32,000 nt of DNA from Candidatus Nitrospira inopinata (GTDB taxonomy: Bacteria; Nitrospirota; Nitrospiria; Nitrospirales; Nitrospiraceae), in contig NZ_LN885086.1 in assembly GCF_001458695.1 (NCBI RefSeq), positions 2,970,001-3,002,000 on the forward strand, given 5' to 3'. The notes under the pieces are model-generated. The model saw only the letters and a list, made by a program, of their open reading frames with translations. It ran no database searches and was not told the origin of the DNA. The translations under genes and the position numbers were made by a program. Below are positions 14,406-23,508 of the stretch, piece after piece (within the stretch, counting starts at the first letter, position 1; every line of letters begins with the position of its first letter).

Positions 14406-15950
14406 TTAGGGACGAAGCGTGAGATAAATCGTTCGCCCTTGCCGTTTCAGAAGGAGCAGCACCGCTTGATCTTTCGGCAACTTGCCGATGATCTTTTCGT
14501 ACGTTTTAAGTGAGGTCACCGCCTGTCGGTTCACTTCCAAAATGACGTCTCCCTCACGGACGCCGAGCTCTTCGGCTATACTTCCCGGCTTCACCCTGAT
14601 GACGATGACGCCGCGCTCGCCGGATTTCAACCCGTATCGCCCGGCCAGCTCGTCGTTCAGTTCACGGACATCGATGCCGGACAGGACGCCGCTGGGAGTC
14701 GCCCCCTCGTTTTCGTCGTCGCCGCCTGATTGGGACATCGATTTCGGCTGCTCCGCGATCGTCAATTCCATCGTCCTGGGCTTTTTGTCGCGAATGATCT
14801 TGACCGCCACCTTCTTGCCCACGGGAGTCTGCGCCACCGCGTTGCGAAGATGCGTGGGGGAATCCATCGGTTTGCCGTCGTACTCGACGATGACGTCGCC
14901 GCGCTCGAACCCCGCCTTCTTGGCCGGGCTGTCGTCCACGACGTCGCTGACCAACACTCCTTTTGTATCGGCGATGCCGAATTGGGACGCCAGCTCCGGC
15001 GTCAGGTCTTGAATCGACACGCCCAGCCAGCCCCGCACGACCCTGCCGGTCTGCACGAGCTGCTGCATGATCGATCTGGCCATGTTGCTCGGCACGGCAA
15101 ACCCGATGCCCATGTTTCCGCCGCTCTGACTGAAGATGGCGGTGTTGATGCCCACCAGTTCGCCTTGTACGTTGACCAGGGGTCCCCCTGAATTCCCGGG
15201 ATTGATCGCCGCGTCGGTCTGGATGAAATCCTCATATTCGGCGATACCTGCGGATCGGCCCAACGCGCTGACGATTCCCATCGTCACCGTTTGGGTCAAT
15301 CCGAAGGGATTGCCGATCGCCAGGACAAACTCACCAACCTCCAACTTGTCCGAGTCCGCCCACGGCACGACCGGCAACCCCGTCGCGTCAATCTGCACGA
15401 CCGCAATGTCGGACTTCGGATCGGTGCCGATGAGCTTGGCCTTGAACTCCCGCTTGTCCGACAGGGTGACGCGAATATCTTCCGCCTTCCCGACCACGTG
15501 ATTGTTGGTGATGATCAACCCGTTGGGGTCCACGATGACGCCGGATCCCAATCCCCGTTCTTTCCGCTCTCTCGGCTGCTGCTCGAACCGCCTGAAAAAT
15601 TCGTCTCCGAAGAATCGGCGGAAGAACGGATCGTCAAACGGCGTGGCATGGGGCCCGTCTCCCCGTCCGGTTTTCGTCGCGTAGATGTTCACCACCGCGG
15701 GCTTCACCGCCTTGGCGATATCGACGAACGATTGCCCTCCTCCACCCGGCAGGATCGGTTGCGGCGCCGTCGCAACCGGCCTGGCCATTGGCGCGGACGG
15801 GGTCTCGGGGACCGCGTGGCCTGTCGGCATCCAATTGAGATCGGAGGCCACCACAAAGCCGATGATCACTCCCGCCGTAATCAACGCCGCCGCCAGAATC
15901 CAGCTTCGGCTTCCCCTCGGAGACTGTCGCTCTGGATTCGGCTGAATCAT
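14406..15950 (-). CDS. degP: Do/HtrA-family periplasmic serine endoprotease with two PDZ domains
   Basis: N-terminal TM/signal segment (WILAAALITAGVIIGFVV). The catalytic triad context is IITNNHVV, SDIAV and GNSGGPLVN, followed by two PDZ-like segments. The start at 15950 avoids overlap with the upstream aldolase gene. Confidence 0.9.
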   Translation of the reverse strand: MIQPNPERQSPRGSRSWILAAALITAGVIIGFVVASDLNWMPTGHAVPETPSAPMARPVATAPQPILPGGGGQSFVDIAKAVKPAVVNIYATKTGRGDGPHATPFDDPFFRRFFGDEFFRRFEQQPRERKERGLGSGVIVDPNGLIITNNHVVGKAEDIRVTLSDKREFKAKLIGTDPKSDIAVVQIDATGLPVVPWADSDKLEVGEFVLAIGNPFGLTQTVTMGIVSALGRSAGIAEYEDFIQTDAAINPGNSGGPLVNVQGELVGINTAIFSQSGGNMGIGFAVPSNMARSIMQQLVQTGRVVRGWLGVSIQDLTPELASQFGIADTKGVLVSDVVDDSPAKKAGFERGDVIVEYDGKPMDSPTHLRNAVAQTPVGKKVAVKIIRDKKPRTMELTIAEQPKSMSQSGGDDENEGATPSGVLSGIDVRELNDELAGRYGLKSGERGVIVIRVKPGSIAEELGVREGDVILEVNRQAVTSLKTYEKIIGKLPKDQAVLLLLKRQGRTIYLTLRP

Positions 15951-15981
15951 ACCCCCCGTCCTTTCATCGGCCAGCCGTCGC

Positions 15982-16905
15982 TCATTGAACCTTGCCCGCG
16001 TAGATATCCATGATCGTATGGAGAAACGCGATCGCCTCGGCTTTCGGTCGCTGGAACGAATTCCGGCCGATGATGCTGCCGAATCCCCCTCCGTCGCGGA
16101 TCGCCCGTACTTCCTCAAAGACGTTCTTGTCCTCGCTCTTGGCCCCGCCCGAGAAAATCACGATGCGCCTCCCGTTGAACGCGCTTTGCACCACGTGCGC
16201 CACCCGCTCCGCCAGCGTCTTGATCGGAATCTGAGCCGACTCATAGACCTTTTTGGCGGCGGCCTGTTCCACGTGCGCGGTCGGCAGCTTGACCTTGATG
16301 ACGTGGGCGCCGAGCTGCGCCGCGATTTGAGCCGCGTAGGCCACCACGTCGATCGCCGTCTCGCCTTCCTTGCTCAGCGAGGAGCCGCGCGGATAGGACC
16401 ACACCACCACGGCCAAGCCGTGCTCCTTGGCTTCGGCGGCGATCTCCCGCAACTGTTGGTACATGGTGTTGCAATGGGCGGAACCGGGATAGATCGTAAA
16501 GCCCACTGCGGAGCAGCCCAACCGGAGAGCGTCCTTGACGCCGCCGGTCACGGAGGGAAGCGGGTCTTTGTCCTCGTGCAGGACGTCATGATTGTTCAGT
16601 TTGAGAATCAACGGAATCTGCCCCGCGAAGTCCGCCGCGCCGGCTTCCAAGAAGCCCAGCGGCGCCGCGTACGCGTTACAGCCGGCGTCAAGGGCGAGTT
16701 GAAAGTGATAGTGCGGGTGATAGCCGGGAGGATTGGGCGCGAAACTTCTCGCCGGCCCATGTTCGAAACCTTGGTCAACCGGCAAAATCACCAGCTTGCC
16801 CGTGCCCCCGAGCCTGCCCGATCGCAACATGCGGGCGAGATTGGTTTTCGTGCCGGCATTGTCGCTGCCGTACCAACTTAAGATTTCCTGCACCCGGTCT
16901 CCCAT
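15982..16905 (-). CDS. fbaB: Class I fructose-bisphosphate aldolase (FbaB/DhnA type)
   Basis: ILPVDQGFEHGP, LILKLNNHD and HVIKVKLP (Schiff-base Lys region) match the FbaB/DhnA family. The ATG at 16905 has GGAGG 9 nt upstream. Confidence 0.8.
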   Translation of the reverse strand: MGDRVQEILSWYGSDNAGTKTNLARMLRSGRLGGTGKLVILPVDQGFEHGPARSFAPNPPGYHPHYHFQLALDAGCNAYAAPLGFLEAGAADFAGQIPLILKLNNHDVLHEDKDPLPSVTGGVKDALRLGCSAVGFTIYPGSAHCNTMYQQLREIAAEAKEHGLAVVVWSYPRGSSLSKEGETAIDVVAYAAQIAAQLGAHVIKVKLPTAHVEQAAAKKVYESAQIPIKTLAERVAHVVQSAFNGRRIVIFSGGAKSEDKNVFEEVRAIRDGGGFGSIIGRNSFQRPKAEAIAFLHTIMDIYAGKVQ

Positions 16906-16945
16906 AAGAGTGTCCTCCCCCGTCAACCTACCATAAAAAATACGC

Positions 16946-17950
16946 CTATGCCTTCCCTTGAACGAAGGATTCCGCCTCTTCGACGTCAAGGCGACTTCCG
17001 ATGATCAAGGGTACCCGCTGATGCAAGGTCTTGGGCTCTATCTCCAAGATTCGCGCCATCCCCGTGGATGCTTTTCCGCCGGCCTGTTCGACGATCAAAG
17101 CCAACGGATTTGCTTCGTACAAAAGCCGAAGCTTTCCTTCAGGCTTGTCCGTCTCTCCGGGATACAGATAGATCCCTCCGCCGAGCAACAGCCGATGGAC
17201 GTCGGCGACCAAACAGCCGGAATAGCGGCTGCTATAGGGACGGCCTGTCGCCTGGTCGTTGACTTTCAGCGACTCCACGTATCGCTTCACGCCGGGCTGC
17301 CATCGGTGAACGTTTCCCTCGTTGGCCGCGTACACCTTGCCCCGGTCCGGCATTTTGATCCGATCGTGCGACAGCAAGTATTCGCCGGTATCGGGATCGA
17401 GCGTGAAGCCGTAGACTCCTTGTCCCAGCGTGAACACCAACATGGTGCTCGAACCATAGAGGAGATAGCCGGCTGCAATTTGTTCCATTCCCGGTCGAAG
17501 CAGATCTTCTTCCCGCGGCGACCGATCGGCGCGGCCGTGCTTGAGTACGGAAAAAATGGCTCCGAGGGGCATGTTATTGTCCGTATTGGAAGATCCGTCT
17601 AGCGGGTCGAAGAGCAACAGATATTTGCCCTGCGGCCAATTCTCCTGAAACATGAGCGGCCGTTCCATTTCCTCCGACGCCACGGCGCAGACGCATCCGC
17701 TGCGGAGAAACACCTTGACGAAATCGTCGTTGGCGATCTCGTCCAATTTTTTGACGGCCTCGCCCTGGACGTTCGTCCCGCCGGTTGCGCCTAGAATCGG
17801 AATGAGTCCCGCGCGTCGAAGATCATGCGCGATCAACTTTCCGACCAAACCAATCTGCGTGAGGAGCGTCGAAAACTCGCCGGTCGCCCCCTGATACGCA
17901 GCTTGGCCGCGAATGATAAATTGGCTTAATGTAAGGGGAAATTCTCTCAT
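16946..17950 (-). CDS. fbp: Fructose-1,6-bisphosphatase class I
   Basis: TLSQFII, GEFSTLL, NVQGEAVKKLDEIAN, FDPLDGSSNTD, LRLLYEANPLA. ATG 17950 is preferred, and an in-frame GTG at 17959 is also possible. Confidence 0.9.
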   Translation of the reverse strand: MREFPLTLSQFIIRGQAAYQGATGEFSTLLTQIGLVGKLIAHDLRRAGLIPILGATGGTNVQGEAVKKLDEIANDDFVKVFLRSGCVCAVASEEMERPLMFQENWPQGKYLLLFDPLDGSSNTDNNMPLGAIFSVLKHGRADRSPREEDLLRPGMEQIAAGYLLYGSSTMLVFTLGQGVYGFTLDPDTGEYLLSHDRIKMPDRGKVYAANEGNVHRWQPGVKRYVESLKVNDQATGRPYSSRYSGCLVADVHRLLLGGGIYLYPGETDKPEGKLRLLYEANPLALIVEQAGGKASTGMARILEIEPKTLHQRVPLIIGSRLDVEEAESFVQGKA

Positions 17951-17959
17951 GCGGCTCAC

Positions 17960-17988
17960 AGTATAGCGGGTTTGCGCCCGGTGAACAA
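17960..17988 (-). promoter_or_regulatory. Candidate promoter for fbp that would give a near-leaderless transcript
   Basis: The minus strand reads TTGTTC (17988-17983), a 17-nt spacer, then TATACT (17965-17960). Only 9 nt separate the -10 element from the ATG at 17950, and there is no SD. Confidence 0.35.
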
Positions 17989-18025
17989 CAGCCTCTCGTC
18001 AGCCTTCTCTTCTCGAAAGGGCTCG

Positions 18026-18802
18026 CTATTTCCCGGGACCACCCCCCGAGAATCCATCCACCAGGTCGGCGACGATCGATCCTAAAACAACCTTCGCCCT
18101 CATGCGCAGAGGGGTGCGGCGTGCATCGGTCGTGAGCCACACGCGGATGTTCCCTTGATTCATAAACAGTCCGTGAAACGGCATGATCACCAGCAGTCTG
18201 GCGGTTTCCGCGCTGCCCCATCGCCCCTTGATGACTTCGATCTCCTCGACCCTGACCTCGACCGGCCTGTTCTTCTTGTCGTGATAGACGTTCATCGTCA
18301 AAGACGAGCCGGGCGTCAACGACAACACGCTCCTCGTGTAATACAGACATGAAATGATGTCCTGCGTGCCGGTCGGAATCGGCAACGTTTCGGTCGTCCC
18401 TCCCCTCATCGCCGTCACCGTTCCTTCCCGCTGATGAAACACGTACTCGATGTCCTCTTTTCTTTTTCCCTCCCGCCGCCGAAACGTCATGTGCGCCGGA
18501 ACGAGCGAGGGGAGATCGATTTCGGATTCAACGCGGTTGTCGACGGGGAAAATCCTGGTCAGAATCGGTCTGGATTGAGCGGTCCCCACCAATTTCGCGA
18601 GCGTACCGTCCGCAGCCCGATCAAGGCCGCTGATTTCCATGACGGCGACGGCGGCATTGATATTGAACCATGAGACTTCATACGTCAGCCGCTCACCCAC
18701 GTGGAACGGATGTTTTCCGCCGGACGGGAATTCGTCTCCGGCCTGCGCCGGCCACGAGCAACACAGAACCAGCAGGACGACCGCCACCGGTTCCCTTCGC
18801 AT
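18026..18802 (-). CDS. DUF3108-like secreted protein (function unknown)
   Basis: Signal peptide MRREPVAVVLLVLCCSWPAQA. GERLTYEVSWFNINAAVAVMEI and the repetitive beta-strand pattern are reminiscent of DUF3108. The family assignment is from memory only. Confidence 0.55.
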   Translation of the reverse strand: MRREPVAVVLLVLCCSWPAQAGDEFPSGGKHPFHVGERLTYEVSWFNINAAVAVMEISGLDRAADGTLAKLVGTAQSRPILTRIFPVDNRVESEIDLPSLVPAHMTFRRREGKRKEDIEYVFHQREGTVTAMRGGTTETLPIPTGTQDIISCLYYTRSVLSLTPGSSLTMNVYHDKKNRPVEVRVEEIEVIKGRWGSAETARLLVIMPFHGLFMNQGNIRVWLTTDARRTPLRMRAKVVLGSIVADLVDGFSGGGPGK

Positions 18803-18845
18803 GAAGACTCCCCCACGGGTGAGAAGATCGTTCAAGCCGTTTTGC

Positions 18846-20246
18846 CTAACAGCCGAGCGTCCGTCTCGCGGAAGCCAATTCGTCCTCGATGAAGGAACGA
18901 ATGGCGTCGAGTTTCGCCGGGGAGACCGCCTCAAACCGCAATACCAGCGCAGGCTGGGTATTGGAAGCCCTGATCAATCCCCACCCGTCGTCGAAGATCG
19001 CTCGAACTCCGTCAATGGTGATAAGCTCCCGGAGCCTGAGACCATCGGACCGGCTTGCTTGCCGCTCCTCGATATACCGTTCACATTGTGTTTGGATCGA
19101 CCGGACCACCTCGAATTTGATCGCATCGGGCAAGTCCACACGGATCTCCGGAGTGACCACGGTCGGAGGGAGGTCGGCGACCAACACCGAGAGCGGCTTC
19201 TTCCTTTTTGCCAGGATCTCGACGAGCCGGCACGACGCATAGACGGCGTCGTCATAGCCGAAGTACCGATCGGCAAAAAACATGTGCCCGGACATCTCGC
19301 CGGCCAACACCGCCGATTCCTCCTTCATCTTGGCCTTGATCAACGAATGGCCGGTCTTCCACATGATCGGACGCCCGCCCCGCCTGGCGACATCGTCGTA
19401 GAGGCTTTGCGAGGCCTTGACCTCCGAGATGATCGTCGCCCCCGGTTTCTCGGCCAAAATCTCGCGCGAATACAGAACCAAGAGCTTATCCCCCCACAAG
19501 ACCTCGCCGCGCTCGTCCACCGCACCGATGCGGTCCGCGTCGCCGTCATACCCGATCCCCACGTCCGCGCCGTGTTGTTTGACCGCCCTCATCAGATCCG
19601 ACAGATTTTCCAACACCGTGGGGTCGGGATGATGGTTGGGAAAGCGTCCGTCCAGATCGCCGTACAACGTCGTGACCTTGCATCCCAACAGTTTCAGCGC
19701 CTGCTCGGCCACGAGAGAGGCGGCGCCGTTGCCGCAATCGATCACGACATGCAAATGACTCGCGTCCACTGTCTCAAAGCTCCGGCGAAGATAGGCCAGA
19801 TAATCCGGAATGATCTCGCGCTCGACCAGCCGTCCGGCGCCGGAAACGAAGGCGTCCCCTTCCATCACGCGCCGCAACTCTTGAATTTCCTCGCCGTGAA
19901 TCGCCCCCTTGCCCACGCAGATCTTGAACCCGTTATACTCGGCGGCGTTGTGGCTCCCCGTGATCATGATTCCGCCGCCGACCGGCAACGTGAACAGCGA
20001 AAAATAGACGAGCGGCGAGGTGCAGACGCCAATGTCAACGACGTCCAGCCCGCTGGCGAGCAGACCGTGAAGCAAGGCTTGGTGAAGCGAGGGCGAACTG
20101 GTCCTTCCATCTCGGCCCAGACTGATCGTCGTCACGCCCTTTTCCCTGACATAGGTCGCATACGCGCGCCCCAACCGTTCGGCGACGGCCTCGGTCAATT
20201 CCTGACCGACGATGCCGCGCAGATCATATTCGCGAAAGAGTCCCAT
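18846..20246 (-). CDS. manB: Phosphomannomutase/phosphoglucomutase
   Basis: FREYDLRG, the active-site loop ITGSHNAAEYNGFK, the metal loop GYDGDADR and the sugar loop GEMSGH. Confidence 0.9.
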   Translation of the reverse strand: MGLFREYDLRGIVGQELTEAVAERLGRAYATYVREKGVTTISLGRDGRTSSPSLHQALLHGLLASGLDVVDIGVCTSPLVYFSLFTLPVGGGIMITGSHNAAEYNGFKICVGKGAIHGEEIQELRRVMEGDAFVSGAGRLVEREIIPDYLAYLRRSFETVDASHLHVVIDCGNGAASLVAEQALKLLGCKVTTLYGDLDGRFPNHHPDPTVLENLSDLMRAVKQHGADVGIGYDGDADRIGAVDERGEVLWGDKLLVLYSREILAEKPGATIISEVKASQSLYDDVARRGGRPIMWKTGHSLIKAKMKEESAVLAGEMSGHMFFADRYFGYDDAVYASCRLVEILAKRKKPLSVLVADLPPTVVTPEIRVDLPDAIKFEVVRSIQTQCERYIEERQASRSDGLRLRELITIDGVRAIFDDGWGLIRASNTQPALVLRFEAVSPAKLDAIRSFIEDELASARRTLGC

Positions 20247-20305
20247 ATCCTTTGTTCCTTGTCATGGAGAACCGGCGAGAAGCCATGTCATCACCGGGAG
20301 CGGGG

Positions 20306-21790
20306 CTATGAATGCTCCACCTTTCTTCCATAATCATCTTTAAACCGCACGATATCGTCTTCTCCGAGATAGGGCCCGTTCTGCACTTCGATGATGTGGA
20401 GCGTCTCATGGCCGGGATTCTCCAATCGATGGGGCGTCTCGACCGGAATCGCCGTGCTCTGTCCGACCCCCAGTTCGAATACCTCCGCCCCTCTCGTCAC
20501 ACGAGCCCTGCCGGCGATCACCACCCAGTGTTCGCTCCGTTGGTGGTGCAATTGCAGCGAGAGCCGGCCTCCCGGATCGACCGTAACCCGTTTGACCTTG
20601 AAGCCGGGCCCCTCCTCCAGCACCGTGTAGGACCCCCATGGCCGCTGAACCGTCAGGTGTTCCAGGTGTTCCGGCGCCTGTTGCCGTTTGAGGACTTCGA
20701 CGACTTTTTTGACGTCCTGCGCCCGCGCCTTGGGGCACACGAGCGTCGCGTCCGGCGTGTCCACGACCACCATGTCTTTCAATCCGATCGTCGCCACCAC
20801 TCGACGATCGGCGTACACGATCGAGTCGGCGCTGTCGAGATCGACGACTCGCCCGTTCAGAATGTTGCCGGCCTTATTTTTGACCGCCACTTCGTCCAAG
20901 CTGCCCCAACTGCCGACGTCGGACCAGCGGAACGAGACCGGCACCATTGCCGCCTTCGATGATCGTTCCATCACGCCGTTGTCGATCGAAACAGATGCCG
21001 CGCCGCGATACGCTTCATCGACCGAAGAGGCGGGCGCACCGGACGCCTTCAGTTGCCGAATCCGATCCATCACCTCCGCGAGGGCCGGTTGATGCCGGCG
21101 GATTTCATCGAGAATCGTCGAGGCTTTCCAGACGAACATCCCGCTGTTCCAATAATAGGAACCGGCCTTGAGATATCGGGCGGCCTTGACGGCATCCGGT
21201 TTCTCCACGAATTGACGGACGCGATAGCCGCGAAGCCTCCCCAGACTGCCAAGCACTGTCTTGTCGTTCGGTTTGATGTAGCCGTAGCCGGTTTCCGGCC
21301 TGATCGGCTTGATTCCGAACGTGACCAGATAGTCCTCTTCGGCCAGTCGGGCCGCGAGTGCGACCGCGATCTCAAACTCTCGCTGTCCCGTCACCACATG
21401 GTCGGCCGGCACGACCAACATCAAGCCGTCCGGGTTACGCGACTGGACCTCGATCGCCGCCAATGCGATCGCGGGCGCCGTATTTCGCCCCTCCGGCTCC
21501 AGCACATAATTGTCCTTGACGTCGTCTTTCCAGTCGGCCAATTGGATACGAATCAATTCGGCCTGAGAGCCATTGGTGGAAATCAGCACGTTGCGCGCCG
21601 GAGCGCATCCGAGCACGCGCCGCATGGTTTGCCGGATCAGCGTGTCCTCGCCGCCGATCCGCAACAATTGTTTGGGAAACAAATGCCGACTCAACGGCCA
21701 AAATCTCGTTCCGCTGCCGCCCGCCATGATGACCGGGTACAGGCGGGCCTTAAAGTCACTTCCTTGAGTCCGTCCACCGCGCATCGCCAT
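20306..21790 (-). CDS. manC: Bifunctional mannose-1-phosphate guanylyltransferase / mannose-6-phosphate isomerase
   Basis: PVIMAGGSGTRFWPLSR, an NTP-transferase core, and a C-terminal cupin (RPWGSYTVL...VKRVTVDPGGRLSLQLHHQRSEHWVV). Confidence 0.9.
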   Translation of the reverse strand: MAMRGGRTQGSDFKARLYPVIMAGGSGTRFWPLSRHLFPKQLLRIGGEDTLIRQTMRRVLGCAPARNVLISTNGSQAELIRIQLADWKDDVKDNYVLEPEGRNTAPAIALAAIEVQSRNPDGLMLVVPADHVVTGQREFEIAVALAARLAEEDYLVTFGIKPIRPETGYGYIKPNDKTVLGSLGRLRGYRVRQFVEKPDAVKAARYLKAGSYYWNSGMFVWKASTILDEIRRHQPALAEVMDRIRQLKASGAPASSVDEAYRGAASVSIDNGVMERSSKAAMVPVSFRWSDVGSWGSLDEVAVKNKAGNILNGRVVDLDSADSIVYADRRVVATIGLKDMVVVDTPDATLVCPKARAQDVKKVVEVLKRQQAPEHLEHLTVQRPWGSYTVLEEGPGFKVKRVTVDPGGRLSLQLHHQRSEHWVVIAGRARVTRGAEVFELGVGQSTAIPVETPHRLENPGHETLHIIEVQNGPYLGEDDIVRFKDDYGRKVEHS

Positions 21791-21844
21791 GCTTCACTCC
21801 ATCCGATTGAGCCGATTGAGTCTTGCCGAATAATCGACCGACGA

Positions 21845-22378
21845 TCATTTTCGGCGAGGTTGCTGCGCCTCTAAGATCATCTCGACGACTTCTCTGACCG
21901 CCCCTTCCCCACCCTTCTTGCGGCACACATAATCGACGGCCTGCAGCACTTGGGGCATCCCATCGGCTGGTGACGCGGAAAACCCCACGGCCTTGAGCGC
22001 TTCCAGATCGTTCACATCATCGCCGATATAGGCCACCTGATCGAGCGCCAGGCCATAGCGGGATGCCATGTCTCGGATCATGGACAATTTGTCCGTCACG
22101 CCCTGGTGCACCTCCGGGATTGTGAGCTTTTCAGCCCGGCGCGCGACCAATCGTGTCCGCTCCTGCGTCACGATCGCCGTGATAAGACCGGCTTTTTGAA
22201 GCAGCTTGATCCCCATGCCGTCGCGCGTGTTGAACTTCTTCCATTCGTCGCCGGACTCCGAATAATACATGCCCGCGTCGGTCAAGACTCCGTCCACATC
22301 CGTGGCGAACAGCCGGATGTGTTGCAGCAGCCTCTTGGCGGGTCGCCTGGCGGCGGACCGCCGAATGTTCGAGTTCAC
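21845..22378 (-). CDS. KdsC/YrbI-family HAD phosphatase (Kdo-8-P or related sugar-phosphate phosphatase)
   Basis: FATDVDGVLTD (HAD motif I), NTRDGMGI, and YIGDDVNDLEALKAVG (motif III). Confidence 0.8.
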   Translation of the reverse strand: MNSNIRRSAARRPAKRLLQHIRLFATDVDGVLTDAGMYYSESGDEWKKFNTRDGMGIKLLQKAGLITAIVTQERTRLVARRAEKLTIPEVHQGVTDKLSMIRDMASRYGLALDQVAYIGDDVNDLEALKAVGFSASPADGMPQVLQAVDYVCRKKGGEGAVREVVEMILEAQQPRRK

Positions 22379-22459
22379 ATGCCCCCCTCGTGAATCATCG
22401 CCATATCGACAGGCCGGAATACAACATCCGGCTCATACGGCCATGGTCGTGCCGAGCCG

Positions 22460-23302
22460 TCAGGGCCCGGCCTCGGCCTGGGCCGTGACGAAAGCCGCCA
22501 GAGACTGTCGCCATTTCGGCATCACGATGCCCAACGACAGCAGGCGGTCTTGGTTTAACACCGAAAACCGAGGCCGCTTGGCGGCACGCCCCGCCTGCTC
22601 GGTCGTGATCGGAACCACGGGAACCGGCAATCCGATTTCTTGCACGATCGCCACGGCAAATTCGTGCCACGTACAATCGCCTTGATTCGTAACATGAATG
22701 ATCCCCCCCACGTTCTTCGTCATGAGCACTCCGATGGCGGAGGCCAGATCGTCGGCGGAAGTGGGACAGCCTCGCTGATCGTTCACGACTTTCAAGCTCT
22801 CTTCACGGCGCGCGGCGCGGATAATCGACTTCACGAAATTCTTGCCGTGATGCCCATAGAGCCATGCCGTCCGGACGACAAGCGCGTCGGCGCCCGAATC
22901 CAGAACGGCCTGTTCCCCTCTCCATTTCGAGAGGCCGTACACATTGATCGGATTCGGCGCGTCCGCTTCGGTGTAGGGAATCGAGCCGGTTCCGTCGAAC
23001 ACATAGTCGGTGGACACATAAATCAGGCGCGCTCCGGTCCGGGCGGCGACGCGCGCGACTCGGTCCGTTCCATCCCGGTTTACGGCCATGGCCACGTCCG
23101 GTTTGTGCTCGGCTCCATCCACATCGGTATACGCCCCGGCATGAATAATGACGTCCGGCTCCGCGTCCAGCACCTGCGCTTCACTGTCCGGCCGTGTCAG
23201 GTCGAACTCGGGCAGATCCTTGGGAATCACCGTTTCGCCCGCCAGCATCCGGCAAAGCGCGGTGCCGAGTTGTCCGCCGGAACCGGTCACCAAGACCCTC
23301 AT
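22460..23302 (-). CDS. rfbD: dTDP-4-dehydrorhamnose reductase
   Basis: MRVLVTGSGGQLG (Rossmann fold), HAGAYTDVD, STDYVFDG, YGLSKWRGE (YxxxK). Confidence 0.88.
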   Translation of the reverse strand: MRVLVTGSGGQLGTALCRMLAGETVIPKDLPEFDLTRPDSEAQVLDAEPDVIIHAGAYTDVDGAEHKPDVAMAVNRDGTDRVARVAARTGARLIYVSTDYVFDGTGSIPYTEADAPNPINVYGLSKWRGEQAVLDSGADALVVRTAWLYGHHGKNFVKSIIRAARREESLKVVNDQRGCPTSADDLASAIGVLMTKNVGGIIHVTNQGDCTWHEFAVAIVQEIGLPVPVVPITTEQAGRAAKRPRFSVLNQDRLLSLGIVMPKWRQSLAAFVTAQAEAGP

Positions 23303-23369
23303 GGTCTCCTCTCAATCCCTCCGGAAACGGACCGACGTCGCGATGGCCCGCCCGCCGGGGCTCATGGCG

Positions 23370-23480
23370 TCATGACAGCCGTTCAAAGGCCAGGGAATTG
23401 AACTTCGGAACGAGCCGTTTGAGATCCGGCAGCACTTGGTCCTCGTCGGCCTCCGACAGTGTGGCCGGCCGCGCCTGCTT
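23370..23480 (-). pseudogene. Relic of the 3' end of a second CapD/WbpM-type gene (last ~36 codons)
   Basis: The minus-strand frame gives KQARPATLSEADEDQVLPDLKRLVPKFNSLAFERLS-stop. Its last 26 aa align without gaps to the C-terminus of the intact CapD-like protein in this window (SDDDELLQDLKRLIPSFKPSLSERVS-stop), with 13 of 26 identical including DLKRL. An in-frame TGA lies immediately upstream at 23481-23483. Confidence 0.55.
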
Positions 23481-23508
23481 TCAAGATCCGCGCGGCTTTC
23501 CCTCAGGG

